DNA from: an uncultured Verrucomicrobia subdivision 3 bacterium
GTDB taxonomy: Bacteria > Verrucomicrobiota > Verrucomicrobiia > Limisphaerales > UBA11358
NCBI GenBank assembly: GCA_903835255.1
Contig: CAILMI010000046.1
Coordinates: 17,156 to 81,155, forward strand
Length of the DNA stretch: 64,000 bases
Direction: 5' to 3'
Below, in pieces: positions 29,162 through 41,147 of the stretch. The notes under the pieces were generated by a model. That model was not told where the DNA came from and made no database searches. It saw nothing but the letters and a program-made list of their open reading frames with translations. Position numbers and translations under genes: made by a program. Position 1 is the first letter of the stretch; each line of letters opens with the position of its first letter.

Positions 29162-29581
29162 CAGCCCCACTTGAAGGCCGTGAAATTCTTGGGCAGAGTT
29201 GAAAATCCAAGCAGATTGCAATCCCGTGAACGTGCCCTTGGACAGGTTGACCAGGGGAAGATAAAAGCCCCCCTGCCACCCCACAAAACTGACCCCGCTG
29301 TAGTTGACTAATCCCCACGAGACGCCGGTGTAGGAATCGGCATAGTTGAAAAGGCCCCAGCTGAAGCCGGCGCTGTCGCCGGTGCTGCCGTTGACGAGGC
29401 CCAGGGCGACGCCCTGTTGCGGGTTTTCACCCCAGAGACTCAAGGACAAGCCGCGGATTTCAGCGGTCTTGGAATGAAGGGCGATTTCCGGGGTCAGCGA
29501 AGCCTGGAAGGGGTGCGACTCCTCGGCCGATGCCGCAGCAACGCAGAAGCAGAGGAAGGCGAAAGAGAGTGTTTTTTTCAT
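29033..29581 (-). CDS. Secreted surface-repeat protein (LA_2272-like, GxQxGxVN repeats)
   Basis: Signal peptide, repeated G-x-S/Q-W/V-G-L-V-N units, C-terminal ...PIVNWSF. Confidence 0.8.
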   Translation of the reverse strand: MKKTLSFAFLCFCVAAASAEESHPFQASLTPEIALHSKTAEIRGLSLSLWGENPQQGVALGLVNGSTGDSAGFSWGLFNYADSYTGVSWGLVNYSGVSFVGWQGGFYLPLVNLSKGTFTGLQSAWIFNSAQEFHGLQVGLVNYAENLHGVQIGLANIARNNPWFKEFPDKLATGFPIVNWSF

Positions 29582-29649
29582 AGAAAAAGTGTTTAAAGAG
29601 CATGGCGTTTTCAGGGGCTAAAACGCAAGCGTTGTCGGCAAAAATGTCG

Positions 29650-29830
29650 GCAAAAAAACCGGGAGCCGGCGAGCGGCTCCCGGTGGGGAAGGCGGGCTGG
29701 ATTAGAACGACCAGTTGACGATAGGGAAACCGGTCGCGAGTTTGTCCGGGAATTCCTTGAACCAGGGATTGTTCCGAGCAATGTTGGCGAAGCCGATTTG
29801 CACGCCGTGCAGGTTTTCGGCGTAGTTCAC
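29650..29830. repeat. Direct repeat copy 2
   Basis: Matches 28981-29161. Confidence 0.9.
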
Positions 29831-30196
29831 GAAGCCCATTTGCAGGCCCGTGCATTTACCGGTCGAATAGTTCACCAGCCCCGCCTGCCAGCCCAGGAAG
29901 TCGGTCTTGCTCAGGTTCACCATGGACCATTGGACGCCCTTGTACGAATCCGCGTAATTGACAAAGAACGCCCAGCTGAACCCGCTGCTCTCGCCGGTGC
30001 TGCCGTTGACAAAGCCGAAGTTAAAGCTGTGCTGCGGGTTTTCGCCCCAGACATCCAGCGCGATGCCGCGGATTTCAGTGGTCTTGGGTTGGACGGCGAT
30101 GTCCGGGGTCAGCGAGGCCTGGAAGAACGGGGCGTCTTCCGCCTTTAAGCCGACGGTGCCAAGGACGAGAACTGCGAGGAGGAGTGTTTTTTTCAT
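29702..30196 (-). CDS. Paralogous surface-repeat protein (LA_2272-like)
   Basis: MKKTLLLAVLVLG signal, same repeats, near-identical last ~40 aa. Confidence 0.8.
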   Translation of the reverse strand: MKKTLLLAVLVLGTVGLKAEDAPFFQASLTPDIAVQPKTTEIRGIALDVWGENPQHSFNFGFVNGSTGESSGFSWAFFVNYADSYKGVQWSMVNLSKTDFLGWQAGLVNYSTGKCTGLQMGFVNYAENLHGVQIGFANIARNNPWFKEFPDKLATGFPIVNWSF

Positions 30197-30269
30197 GGTT
30201 GTATTGATGGTTAAGGTGGACCGACTCCGACACGCCCACCCTAATCTTAAAAAATGCCGGTGCAACAAG

Positions 30270-30307
30270 AAAAAAACCGGCGGCCCATGACAGGTCGCCG
30301 GTTTTTT
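30270..30307 (-). terminator. Intrinsic (bidirectional-type) terminator after eno
   Basis: A-tract-CCGGCGGCC-loop-GGTCGCCGG-T-tract. Confidence 0.8.
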
Positions 30308-30319
30308 AGGATTCCAGAA

Positions 30320-31711
<1,392 letters not shown>

Positions 31712-31940
31712 TCAGAGGGCGGATTCATCCCTAAAGGCAGTGGGCAGATGAAACGGCTAAGGCGATTCGATGGATTGCCGGTGTATGGTTCGGGGGCGTG
31801 ATGATTCAGGCGGGCTGGGCTGGATTGCACTGGTGGCTGGGTTGCGATCGCGGGTTGTGGGCTCGACTCATGAACCGAGTCATTATCAAATTCACGTTGC
31901 CTCAGGCTCCCGTTTGAAATAAGTTGGCAGCTGTCTTTGT

Positions 31941-32813
31941 ATGAAAATCTTTATTGATGGGAAATATTTTGATGAACGGACCGCCAAGGTTTCCGTGTTC
32001 GACCACGGGCTGCTTTACGGCGACGGTATTTTTGAGGGCATCCGTATTTACAACGGCCGCGTCTTCAAGCTGAGGGAGCACATTGACCGGCTGTTTTATT
32101 CGGCCAAGGCAATCTTGCTTGAGATTCCCATGACGCGGGCGGCGCTGATCAAGGCGACGGTGGAAACGTGCCGGAAAAACAAGCTCCGCGCCGGGTACAT
32201 CCGCCTGATTGTGACGCGGGGCCGTGGCACGCTGGGCCTGAACCCGCGCAGCTGCAAGAACCCGTCGGTCATCATCATCGCCGACAAGATTCAGGTTTAT
32301 CCGCAGGGGCTGTACGCGCGCGGGATGGAGATTGTGACGGTGCCGACCGTGCGCAACCTGCACAGCGCGGTGAATCCGGCCATCAAGTCGCTGAATTACC
32401 TAAACAACATCCTGGCCAAGATCGAGGCGAACAACGCGGGCGTGGAGGAGGCGGTGATGCTCAACGCGGAGGGGTTCGTGGCCGAGTGCACGGCGGACAA
32501 TCTGTTCATTATTAAGAACGGCGAGGTGTTCACGCCGCCGAACTCAGCGGGCGCCCTATACGGCATCACCCGCCAGACGGTGATCGATTTGGCGCACGCC
32601 GCCGGCCTTAAGGTTTCGGAGCCGAACCTCACGCGCTATGATCTGTTCAATGCGGACGAGTGTTTTCTGACCGGCACGGGCGCCGAGATCATGCCGGTGG
32701 TGAAGATCGACGGGCGTGTGATCGGAAACGGCAAGCCGGGGAAACTCACGCGCGCGCTGGTTGAGAAATACCACGGGTTGACGAAGGTCACCGGCGAGCC
32801 GATATACAGTTAG
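31941..32813 (+). CDS. ilvE: Branched-chain amino acid aminotransferase
   Basis: DHGLLYGDGIFEGIR, KSLNYLNN and LYGITR. Upstream TTGCCT-17-TAAGTT. Confidence 0.93.
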   Translation: MKIFIDGKYFDERTAKVSVFDHGLLYGDGIFEGIRIYNGRVFKLREHIDRLFYSAKAILLEIPMTRAALIKATVETCRKNKLRAGYIRLIVTRGRGTLGLNPRSCKNPSVIIIADKIQVYPQGLYARGMEIVTVPTVRNLHSAVNPAIKSLNYLNNILAKIEANNAGVEEAVMLNAEGFVAECTADNLFIIKNGEVFTPPNSAGALYGITRQTVIDLAHAAGLKVSEPNLTRYDLFNADECFLTGTGAEIMPVVKIDGRVIGNGKPGKLTRALVEKYHGLTKVTGEPIYS

Positions 32814-32837
32814 GATTTCGGGTCCGCACCAGATTTT

Positions 32838-33359
32838 ATGCAATGTTCCGTCTGCAAAGAAAAACCGGCGACCGTCTTTCTCACCCACATTGAGAATGAC
32901 AAGATGCACAAGGTGAACCTGTGCGAGGACTGCGCCAAGACCAAGGGGGTGGATAATCCCACGACCTTCTCGCTGGCGGATGCGGATCTGTTGCTGGGGC
33001 TGGGGGCGTCGCAGGAAATCACGCAGACCCCGGGCGGGGCGGATTTGAAATGTCCGCGATGCGGTTTTTCGCAGGCGGACTTCAAAAAAACGGGGCGGCT
33101 GGGGTGCCCGGAATGTTATCAGGTTTTTGCCGGGGGGCTGGAAGGTCTGCTCAAGACGATGCACAAGGGAACCCGGCACACCGGCAAGGCGCCGGAAGCG
33201 CTCCGTCAGCTGCGTGACACGACCGAACGACTCAAGTCGCTCCAAAAGAAGCTGGCCAAGGCCATTGAATCAGAAGATTTCGAGCAGGCCGCGCAGCTGC
33301 GGGATGAACTGAAGCAGCTGAACGAGTCTCCACCCCCCTCGGCCAAGTCGGCGCCATGA
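32838..33359 (+). CDS. mcsA: McsA (UvrB/C motif, CxxC) activator
   Basis: Four CxxC pairs, GRLGCPECY and EDFEQAAQLRDE. Confidence 0.92.
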   Translation: MQCSVCKEKPATVFLTHIENDKMHKVNLCEDCAKTKGVDNPTTFSLADADLLLGLGASQEITQTPGGADLKCPRCGFSQADFKKTGRLGCPECYQVFAGGLEGLLKTMHKGTRHTGKAPEALRQLRDTTERLKSLQKKLAKAIESEDFEQAAQLRDELKQLNESPPPSAKSAP

Positions 33360-33447
33360 ACGGTACCCCATTTAGAGCCCTCGTTATTTACGGGCTAGCC
33401 TTAAAAAATCCGAAAATTTTTCGCACTCAATCGGACGACAACACACC

Positions 33448-34536
33448 ATGGACATCCACGAATTTTTGATCACGCCGGCAGAGGCGGCTCGGCTCAGCGG
33501 CCCGCATGACCGCATCGTGATGTCCAGCCGGGTGCGGCTGGCTCGCAATCTCAAGGGCGCCGCGTTTCCTGGCTGGGCCAAAAAGCCCGAGCGCATCAAG
33601 GTGCTGGAGACGGTCCGGCCCGCCGTGGAAAGCCTGACGGAAATGAAGGGCGCCTTTTCCGAGGTGATGGACAATCTGGGCCCGCTCGACAAGCAGATCC
33701 TAGTCGAGCGCCATCTCATCAGCCGCGAGCACGCCGCCAAAAGTTCCGGCAGCGGGCTGGTTCTCAACCGGGAGGAGACCTTCTGTGTGCTAATCAACGA
33801 GGAAGATCACCTGCGGATGCAGGCGTTACGGCCAGGGCTGCAGCTGCGCCAGGCCTGGAGCGCGATTGACCGCCTGGATTCCGCCCTGGAAAAGAAGCTG
33901 GAATACGCCTTCAGCAACGAGCTGGGCTATCTGACGGCCTGCCCGACGAATTTGGGCACGGGCATCCGCGTCAGCGCCATGCTGCATCTGCCGGGTCTGG
34001 TGCTGGCCGAGCAGATCAACCCCATCATTCAGTCCGTCAATAAGCTCGGCCTGGCGGTGCGCGGGCTTTACGGCGAGGGCACCGAGGCCCTGGGCAACGT
34101 GTTCCAGGTTTCCAACCAGATGACTTTAGGTGAAAGCGAGACCACCATTGTCGAGCGGCTGGACAAGGTGCTGCTGCAGATCATCGAGCACGAGGAGAAT
34201 GCGCGGCAGACCTTGCTGGAGAAAAAGACCAAGTCGGTTTACAACCATATCGGGCGCGCCTACGGGATTCTGGCCAATGCCCACAGCATTTCCTCCAAGG
34301 AGACCATGAACCTGCTGTCGCTGATGCGGCTGGGCGTGGAATTGGGGCTGTTTCCGGAGGTGGACCGGGCGCTGGTGGATGAGCTGTTCATCCTCACGCA
34401 GCCGGCGCATTTACAGAAGCAGTTCTCCGATAAGCTGTCCGCCGAGGAGCGCGACCTGCTGCGTTCGGACATGGTGCGCGACCGCCTGAAAAATGTCAGC
34501 CGCCCCAGCGTGAAACCCCCGAAGCCGGGGAATTGA
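33448..34536 (+). CDS. mcsB: Protein arginine kinase McsB
   Basis: SSRVRLARN, NEEDHLR and ACPTNLGTG. Confidence 0.95.
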   Translation: MDIHEFLITPAEAARLSGPHDRIVMSSRVRLARNLKGAAFPGWAKKPERIKVLETVRPAVESLTEMKGAFSEVMDNLGPLDKQILVERHLISREHAAKSSGSGLVLNREETFCVLINEEDHLRMQALRPGLQLRQAWSAIDRLDSALEKKLEYAFSNELGYLTACPTNLGTGIRVSAMLHLPGLVLAEQINPIIQSVNKLGLAVRGLYGEGTEALGNVFQVSNQMTLGESETTIVERLDKVLLQIIEHEENARQTLLEKKTKSVYNHIGRAYGILANAHSISSKETMNLLSLMRLGVELGLFPEVDRALVDELFILTQPAHLQKQFSDKLSAEERDLLRSDMVRDRLKNVSRPSVKPPKPGN

Positions 34537-34647
34537 GCTGGCGCGCCGGGGCGGGGTGCCAGGTGATGTCGTCGTATTTTTTTGGCGGCGCTCCCTTATT
34601 CAAACGCATTGGACAAACGATTCGATTCGTAGCATCCTTTTCTTACT

Positions 34648-37158
34648 ATGAGCGATGAATCCATGAGTAATTTCACCCCGCGTGCGCAGCAGGTGCTCGC
34701 GCTGGCGCGCAAGGAGGCCGACCGTTTCAATCACAACTTCCTCGGCACGGAGCATTTGTTGCTGGGCCTGATCAAGCTGGGGCAGGGTGTGGCGGTCAAC
34801 GTCATCCAGAAGATGGGGCTCGATCTGGAAACCGTCCGCATGGAAGTTGAGAAACAGGTCGGCACCGGCCCCGACCAGAAGATGATGGGCAATATTCCCT
34901 ACACGCCGCGCGTCAAAAAAGTTCTCGCCCTCGCCTCCAAGGAAGCCAAGGCCCTCAATCATACCTACGTCGGCACAGAGCACATCCTGCTCGGCCTCCT
35001 GCGGGAGGGCGACGGTGTGGCGGCCAAGGTCCTAAAAAATCTCGAGGTGGACATCGAGCAATGCCGCCAGGAGATTCTGAAGGAGCTGGACCCGAATTTT
35101 GCCGGCGAGGAATCATCCGTCCCCACGGAAGAGGCGGCGGCGGGTGACAAGGCGGCGGCCGGTCCGGAGAAAAAAGGCGACGTTAAAACCCCGGCGCTGA
35201 AGGCCTTTGGCCGCGATCTCACGGAAATTGCGCGCAAGGGTGAGATGGACCCGGTCATTGGGCGCAAGAATGAGATCGAGCGCGTCATTCAGATTCTCTG
35301 TCGCCGTTCGAAGAACAATCCGGTGCTGCTCGGCGAGGCGGGCGTCGGCAAGACGGCCATCGTGGAAGGGCTCGCCCAGGAAATCGCGGCGGGCAACGTG
35401 CCAGAGATTTTGCGGAGCAAGCGGGTCGTCACCCTGGACCTCGCCTTGATGGTGGCCGGCACAAAATACCGCGGCCAGTTTGAGGAGCGCATCAAGGCGG
35501 TCATGGACGAAATCCGCCGCGCCAAGAACGTCATCCTCTTCATCGACGAGCTGCACACCATCGTCGGCGCAGGCTCGGCCGAGGGCACCATGGACGCATC
35601 CAATATCATCAAGCCGGCGCTTTCCCGCGGCGAGATGCAATGCGTGGGAGCCACCACGCTCAACGAATACCGCAAATATATCGAGAAGGACGCCGCGCTC
35701 GAGCGCCGGTTCCAGTCCGTCAAGGTGGAGGCGCCCTCCATCGAGGACGCCATCACCATCCTCAAGGGAGTCCGCCATAAATATGAGGAGCATCACAAGG
35801 CTGAATTTACGGACAAAGCCGTCGAGGCGTCCGTCAAGCTGTCCGACCGCTACATCACCGACCGGTTTTTGCCGGACAAGGCGATTGACGTCTTGGACGA
35901 GGCGGGTTCGCGGGCGCGCATCAGCACGATGACCCGTCCGCCAGAAAGCAAGGTGCTTGAGGCCGAAGTCGAGGAAATCCGGCTCCAGAAGGAAAAGGCC
36001 ATCAAGGACCAGGATTTTGAGGGGGCGGCCCGGATGCGCGACCAGGAAAAGCAGGCGAAGGAAAAACTGGAGACGCTGCTGCTGGAATGGCGCAAGGCGG
36101 GCGAGGAGAAACGCATCGTCGTGGACGAAGACGACATTTTACACATTGTCGCAAAATGGACGGGCATCCCGCTCAAGCGCATGGGCCAGGATGAGACCCA
36201 GCGGCTGCTCACGGTGGAGACCGAGATGGAGAAAATCGTGGTCGGCCAGCGCGAGGGGGTTTCGGCCCTGTGCAAGGCGCTGCGCCGGTCGCGGGCGGAC
36301 CTCAAGGATCCCAAGCGCCCGATTGGAACTTTTCTGCTGCTGGGTCCGACCGGGGTCGGGAAAACCCTGCTGGCCAAGACGCTGGCTGAACAGATGTTCG
36401 GCGATGCTAAATCGCTCATTCATTTGGACATGAGCGAGTACATGGAGAAATTCAATGTCTCGCGGCTGATCGGTTCGCCCCCCGGCTACGTCGGCTACGA
36501 GGAGGGCGGTCAGCTGACGGAAAAGGTCCGGCGCAATCCCTATTCGGTGGTCTTGTTCGACGAGATTGAAAAGGCGCATCCGGATGTTTGGAACCTGCTG
36601 TTACAGATACTGGAGGACGGCAAGCTCACCGATAATACGGGTCGTGTGGTCAATTTTCGCAACACCATCATCCTGATGACGTCCAATGTCGGATCGGACA
36701 CCATCAAGAAGCAGTCCACGCTGGGCTTCTCCCCCATCACGGACGAGAGCACCTATGAAAAGATGCGCGAGCGGATCCTGGACGAGGCCAAGCGCACGTT
36801 CCGTCCGGAATTCCTCAACCGCCTGGACGATGTGGTGGTGTTCCGTTCGTTCACTAAGCCGGACCTGATCCAGATTTTGACGCTGGAGGCGGACAAGGTG
36901 GTGGAACGGTTGCGACACAAAAACATCCGGCTGCAGCTGGATGAGTTGGCGAAGGACTTTCTGGTGGAGAAAGGGTACGACCCGCAATACGGAGCGCGGC
37001 CGATGCGCCGGGCGGTGGAGCGTTTTCTGGAAGACCCGCTGGCTGAGGAGATTCTCAAAGGCAGCCTGCAGCCGGGCGAGCCCATTCTGGTCACCAGCGA
37101 CAAGGAAAAGCTACTGTTCAAGCAGAAAGCCGCGGCGCCGGGCGCGGTGGCGGGGTGA
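34648..37158 (+). CDS. clpC: ATP-dependent Clp protease ATPase subunit ClpC
   Basis: Clp-N repeats, GEAGVGKT and GPTGVGKT Walker A motifs, UVR linker. Confidence 0.97.
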   Translation: MSDESMSNFTPRAQQVLALARKEADRFNHNFLGTEHLLLGLIKLGQGVAVNVIQKMGLDLETVRMEVEKQVGTGPDQKMMGNIPYTPRVKKVLALASKEAKALNHTYVGTEHILLGLLREGDGVAAKVLKNLEVDIEQCRQEILKELDPNFAGEESSVPTEEAAAGDKAAAGPEKKGDVKTPALKAFGRDLTEIARKGEMDPVIGRKNEIERVIQILCRRSKNNPVLLGEAGVGKTAIVEGLAQEIAAGNVPEILRSKRVVTLDLALMVAGTKYRGQFEERIKAVMDEIRRAKNVILFIDELHTIVGAGSAEGTMDASNIIKPALSRGEMQCVGATTLNEYRKYIEKDAALERRFQSVKVEAPSIEDAITILKGVRHKYEEHHKAEFTDKAVEASVKLSDRYITDRFLPDKAIDVLDEAGSRARISTMTRPPESKVLEAEVEEIRLQKEKAIKDQDFEGAARMRDQEKQAKEKLETLLLEWRKAGEEKRIVVDEDDILHIVAKWTGIPLKRMGQDETQRLLTVETEMEKIVVGQREGVSALCKALRRSRADLKDPKRPIGTFLLLGPTGVGKTLLAKTLAEQMFGDAKSLIHLDMSEYMEKFNVSRLIGSPPGYVGYEEGGQLTEKVRRNPYSVVLFDEIEKAHPDVWNLLLQILEDGKLTDNTGRVVNFRNTIILMTSNVGSDTIKKQSTLGFSPITDESTYEKMRERILDEAKRTFRPEFLNRLDDVVVFRSFTKPDLIQILTLEADKVVERLRHKNIRLQLDELAKDFLVEKGYDPQYGARPMRRAVERFLEDPLAEEILKGSLQPGEPILVTSDKEKLLFKQKAAAPGAVAG

Positions 37159-37225
37159 TGGAGAGCCATACAGACTTTTCAACGGAAGCCATTTTACACC
37201 CTCGTTTTCGCCTTTGAATTTGAGG

Positions 37226-37416
37226 TAAATCCGAACTCCGAAAGAGGAGTTCGCCCATTCGTCGTTGGGTGAGCGCGCTGCGCTGGCTTCGCCCGCGTTC
37301 AGTGGGCGTCAGAAAGGGTTCCGAAACGGATCACTCGCAAAAGTCCCATTCGCGCCGGATTCTCCGCTGGGGGGCTTCGCAGCGCGATGCCTCTACCCAC
37401 TTCGGTGTCCAGGATA
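37226..37416 (+). mobile_element. MITE-like element family A (TAAAyCCGAACTCCGAA termini)
   Basis: Collinear with 59064-59252 (AGCGCGCTGCGCTG, GCAAAAGTCCC, CGCAGC...CCCACTT). Sits between convergent genes. Confidence 0.7.
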
Positions 37417-37441
37417 AAAGTGTTAAGCGAACCGATGGCGC

Positions 37442-37987
37442 TTAGCGCTTTCCCTCCGGCGTCCGATGGGTGAGCTTGTCAATCCACGCCAGAATCAGGG
37501 CTGACAACACGAAAGCCATATGGATGATCACCTGCCAGAACAGTGTCTTGCCGTCAAGCCGGTCGGCATTGATGAAGCTCTTGAGCAGATGAATTGAGGA
37601 GATGCCGATCAATGCCGTGGCCAGTTTTACCTTGAGGACGCCAGCGTTTACATGGGACAACCATTCGGGTTCGTCGGGGTGCCCCTCGAGTCGCAGGCGG
37701 GAAACAAAAGTTTCATAACCGCCCACGATGACCATGATCAGGAGGTTTGCGATCATCACCACATCAATCAATCCCAAGACCACCAGCATGATTTCTGTCT
37801 CGCCGATGGTGGTGGTTTCCAGGATGAGATGCCACAGCTCCATCATGAAGTGATACACGTACACGCATTGGGCGACGATCAGTCCGAGGTAAAGCGGGGC
37901 TTGGAGCCAGCGGCTTAAAAAAATAAAACTGCTCATGGCGTTTTTAAAAGGACTGTTCGTGATTGGCTTCATTTTTCGGGCTTTCAT
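37442..37987 (-). CDS. UPF0114/YqhA (TIGR00645) membrane protein
   Basis: SRWLQAPLYLGL, DVVMIANLLIMVIVGGYETFVSRL and LKVKLATALIGISSIHLL. Confidence 0.9.
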   Translation of the reverse strand: MKARKMKPITNSPFKNAMSSFIFLSRWLQAPLYLGLIVAQCVYVYHFMMELWHLILETTTIGETEIMLVVLGLIDVVMIANLLIMVIVGGYETFVSRLRLEGHPDEPEWLSHVNAGVLKVKLATALIGISSIHLLKSFINADRLDGKTLFWQVIIHMAFVLSALILAWIDKLTHRTPEGKR

Positions 37988-38139
37988 TGATAGCAAATTC
38001 TTCTCAAAATAAAAGCAGATTTCACAATTTGCTTCCGGTCGGGTTTTCCTTTTTTGAAGAATCCGGCGGATGCCCCGCGCGCGCCCGCTGCTGAAGATTG
38101 GTGTTTTCATTTCTCTCAGACTGAATATTCTTGTCGGGC

Positions 38140-39036
38140 ATGAAAGGAATCATTCTTGCGGGGGGGGCCGGTTCGCGGTTGTATCCGCTCACGCTGGTGG
38201 CCAGCAAGCAGCTCCAGCCGGTTTATGATAAACCGATGGTTTATTATCCCCTGACGACCCTGATTGAGGGGGGTATCCGCGAGTTCTGCCTGATTTCCAC
38301 GCCGCACGATCTGCCCCGCTTTCAACAGTTGCTGGGCGATGGCAGCGCGTGGGGATTGACGATTGAGTATCGCGAGCAGGCCAAGCCCGCCGGCATCGCC
38401 CAGGCGTTTCTCATTGCCGAGTCCTTCATCGGTTCGGACGCAGTGACGCTGATTCTAGGGGACAATATTTTCTATGGCGGGGACACGTTCCAGCGCGCCT
38501 TTGCCGACTTCAAAACGGGCGCGACTATTTTCGGCTATCACGTCAATGACCCGGAACGCTACGGCGTGGTGGAGTTTGACGCCGGGGGTCGGGCCGTTTC
38601 CATTGAGGAAAAACCGAAGCTCCCCAAGAGCAATTATGCCGTGCCCGGACTTTATATTTACGACAACGAGGTGGTGGCCATTGCCAAGGCCTTGAAGCCT
38701 TCGGCCCGGGGCGAGCTGGAAATCACCGCCGTCAACGTCGAGTATTTGCGGCGCGGTGCCTTGCGCGTGCATCGCCTGAACCGCGGGTTCGCATGGCTGG
38801 ACGCCGGCACCAGTAGCAGTCTGCACGACGCGTCAGCCTATGTGCAGACGATCGAAAAACGCGCCGGCATCAAGATCGGCTGTCCGGAGGAGTCCGCGTT
38901 CCGGCAGAGCTTCGTCTCGCTTCCGCAATTGTCAGCTCTGGTCGGGAAAATTCCGGGCTGCGAATATCGGGATTATCTTGCCGAAGTGGTGGCAGAGGCG
39001 GCGCGGCTGAAAACTCTGAAGCCGGGGGGGAGCTAA
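38140..39036 (+). CDS. rfbA: Glucose-1-phosphate thymidylyltransferase
   Basis: GIILAGGAGSRLYP, KQLQPVYDKPM and PSARGELEIT. Confidence 0.96.
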   Translation: MKGIILAGGAGSRLYPLTLVASKQLQPVYDKPMVYYPLTTLIEGGIREFCLISTPHDLPRFQQLLGDGSAWGLTIEYREQAKPAGIAQAFLIAESFIGSDAVTLILGDNIFYGGDTFQRAFADFKTGATIFGYHVNDPERYGVVEFDAGGRAVSIEEKPKLPKSNYAVPGLYIYDNEVVAIAKALKPSARGELEITAVNVEYLRRGALRVHRLNRGFAWLDAGTSSSLHDASAYVQTIEKRAGIKIGCPEESAFRQSFVSLPQLSALVGKIPGCEYRDYLAEVVAEAARLKTLKPGGS

Positions 39037-39139
39037 GGCCGCGCCCAGCCACAGGGGGTCGGGCGTAGGAAGAAACAAAGAGGCTGCGGGGATTGTAACG
39101 AACCATCGGTCCGGCGGGGCGGCCCATCCAATTGGAATC

Positions 39140-40087
39140 ATGATTTTACTTTTAGGTGCTACGGGATATATCGGCGAGGCCTTTGCCTCGGAATTACGGC
39201 GGCGCGGGGCGGATTTCCTTCCGCTCTCACGCGGCCAGGTGGACTACACCCGTTTCGAGGTGCTATTGGAGCAGCTCCGGCTCCGGAAGCCGTCGTTTCT
39301 CATCAATGCCGCCGGCTATACCGGGAAGCCGAATGTGGACGCCTGCGAAGCCCACAAAGCCGACACGCTTCAGGGCAACACGCTGTTCCCCCAGACCGTC
39401 GCCCAGGCCTGCGCCGCCGCCGGGATTCCGTGGGGCCATGTCTCTTCCGGCTGCATCTATTCCGGGGCTAAAGTGATCGTAAACGGACAGGCTCGGGTGG
39501 AAAAAGACTTCACCACACCGGCACTGCGCGCCCTGGTCGAAAAGTCTCCCGAATCCGTCCGCGGTTTCACGGAGACGGACGTGCCTAATTTTTCCTTTCG
39601 CGACCTGCCGTGCAGTTTTTACAGTGGGACCAAGGCGCTGTGCGAGGAGGCGATTGCCGGAATGGGGCAGAGCTATATCTGGCGCCTGCGGATCCCGTTT
39701 GACGAGTATGACGGCGCGCGGAATTACTTGAGCAAGGTGCAGCGCTATTCCAAGGTCTACGACAACGTGAATTCGATTTCGCATCGCGCCGATTTCGTCA
39801 AGGCGTGTTTGGATCTCTGGGAGCTCCGCGCCCCCTATGGAACCTACAACGTCACCAATCCCGGCTTTGTCACCACCCGGCACGTGGTGGAGCTGATCCA
39901 GCAGCGGTTGAAGCCGGCCCGAAAATTCGAGTTCTGGGCGAGCGATGAGGAATTTTATCGGGTCGCCGCCCAGACGCCGCGCTCCAACTGCGTCATGGAT
40001 ACCACCAAGCTTCTGGCGGCCGGTGTGAAAATTCGTCCGGTCGAGGAGGCGCTGGAGGCCTCGCTGAAACATTGGAAGCCGGAGTAA
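39140..40087 (+). CDS. RmlD-fold enzyme of the NRS/ER (3,5-epimerase/4-reductase) type
   Basis: GATGYIG, NAAGYTGKPNVDACE, SGCIY, SFYSGTKA and PRSNCVMD. Confidence 0.8.
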   Translation: MILLLGATGYIGEAFASELRRRGADFLPLSRGQVDYTRFEVLLEQLRLRKPSFLINAAGYTGKPNVDACEAHKADTLQGNTLFPQTVAQACAAAGIPWGHVSSGCIYSGAKVIVNGQARVEKDFTTPALRALVEKSPESVRGFTETDVPNFSFRDLPCSFYSGTKALCEEAIAGMGQSYIWRLRIPFDEYDGARNYLSKVQRYSKVYDNVNSISHRADFVKACLDLWELRAPYGTYNVTNPGFVTTRHVVELIQQRLKPARKFEFWASDEEFYRVAAQTPRSNCVMDTTKLLAAGVKIRPVEEALEASLKHWKPE

Positions 40088-40099
40088 CCCTTTTTAAAA

Positions 40100-41110
<1,011 letters not shown>

Positions 41111-41147
41111 TTTAACCGGACGCGCGTGTCGGGCGTCTTGGAAAGCA

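Noticed and set aside
28981-29830. Diversity-generating retroelement TR/VR pair
   Set aside because: Differences between the copies are mostly synonymous and not adenine-specific, both copies are coding, and no reverse transcriptase is present.
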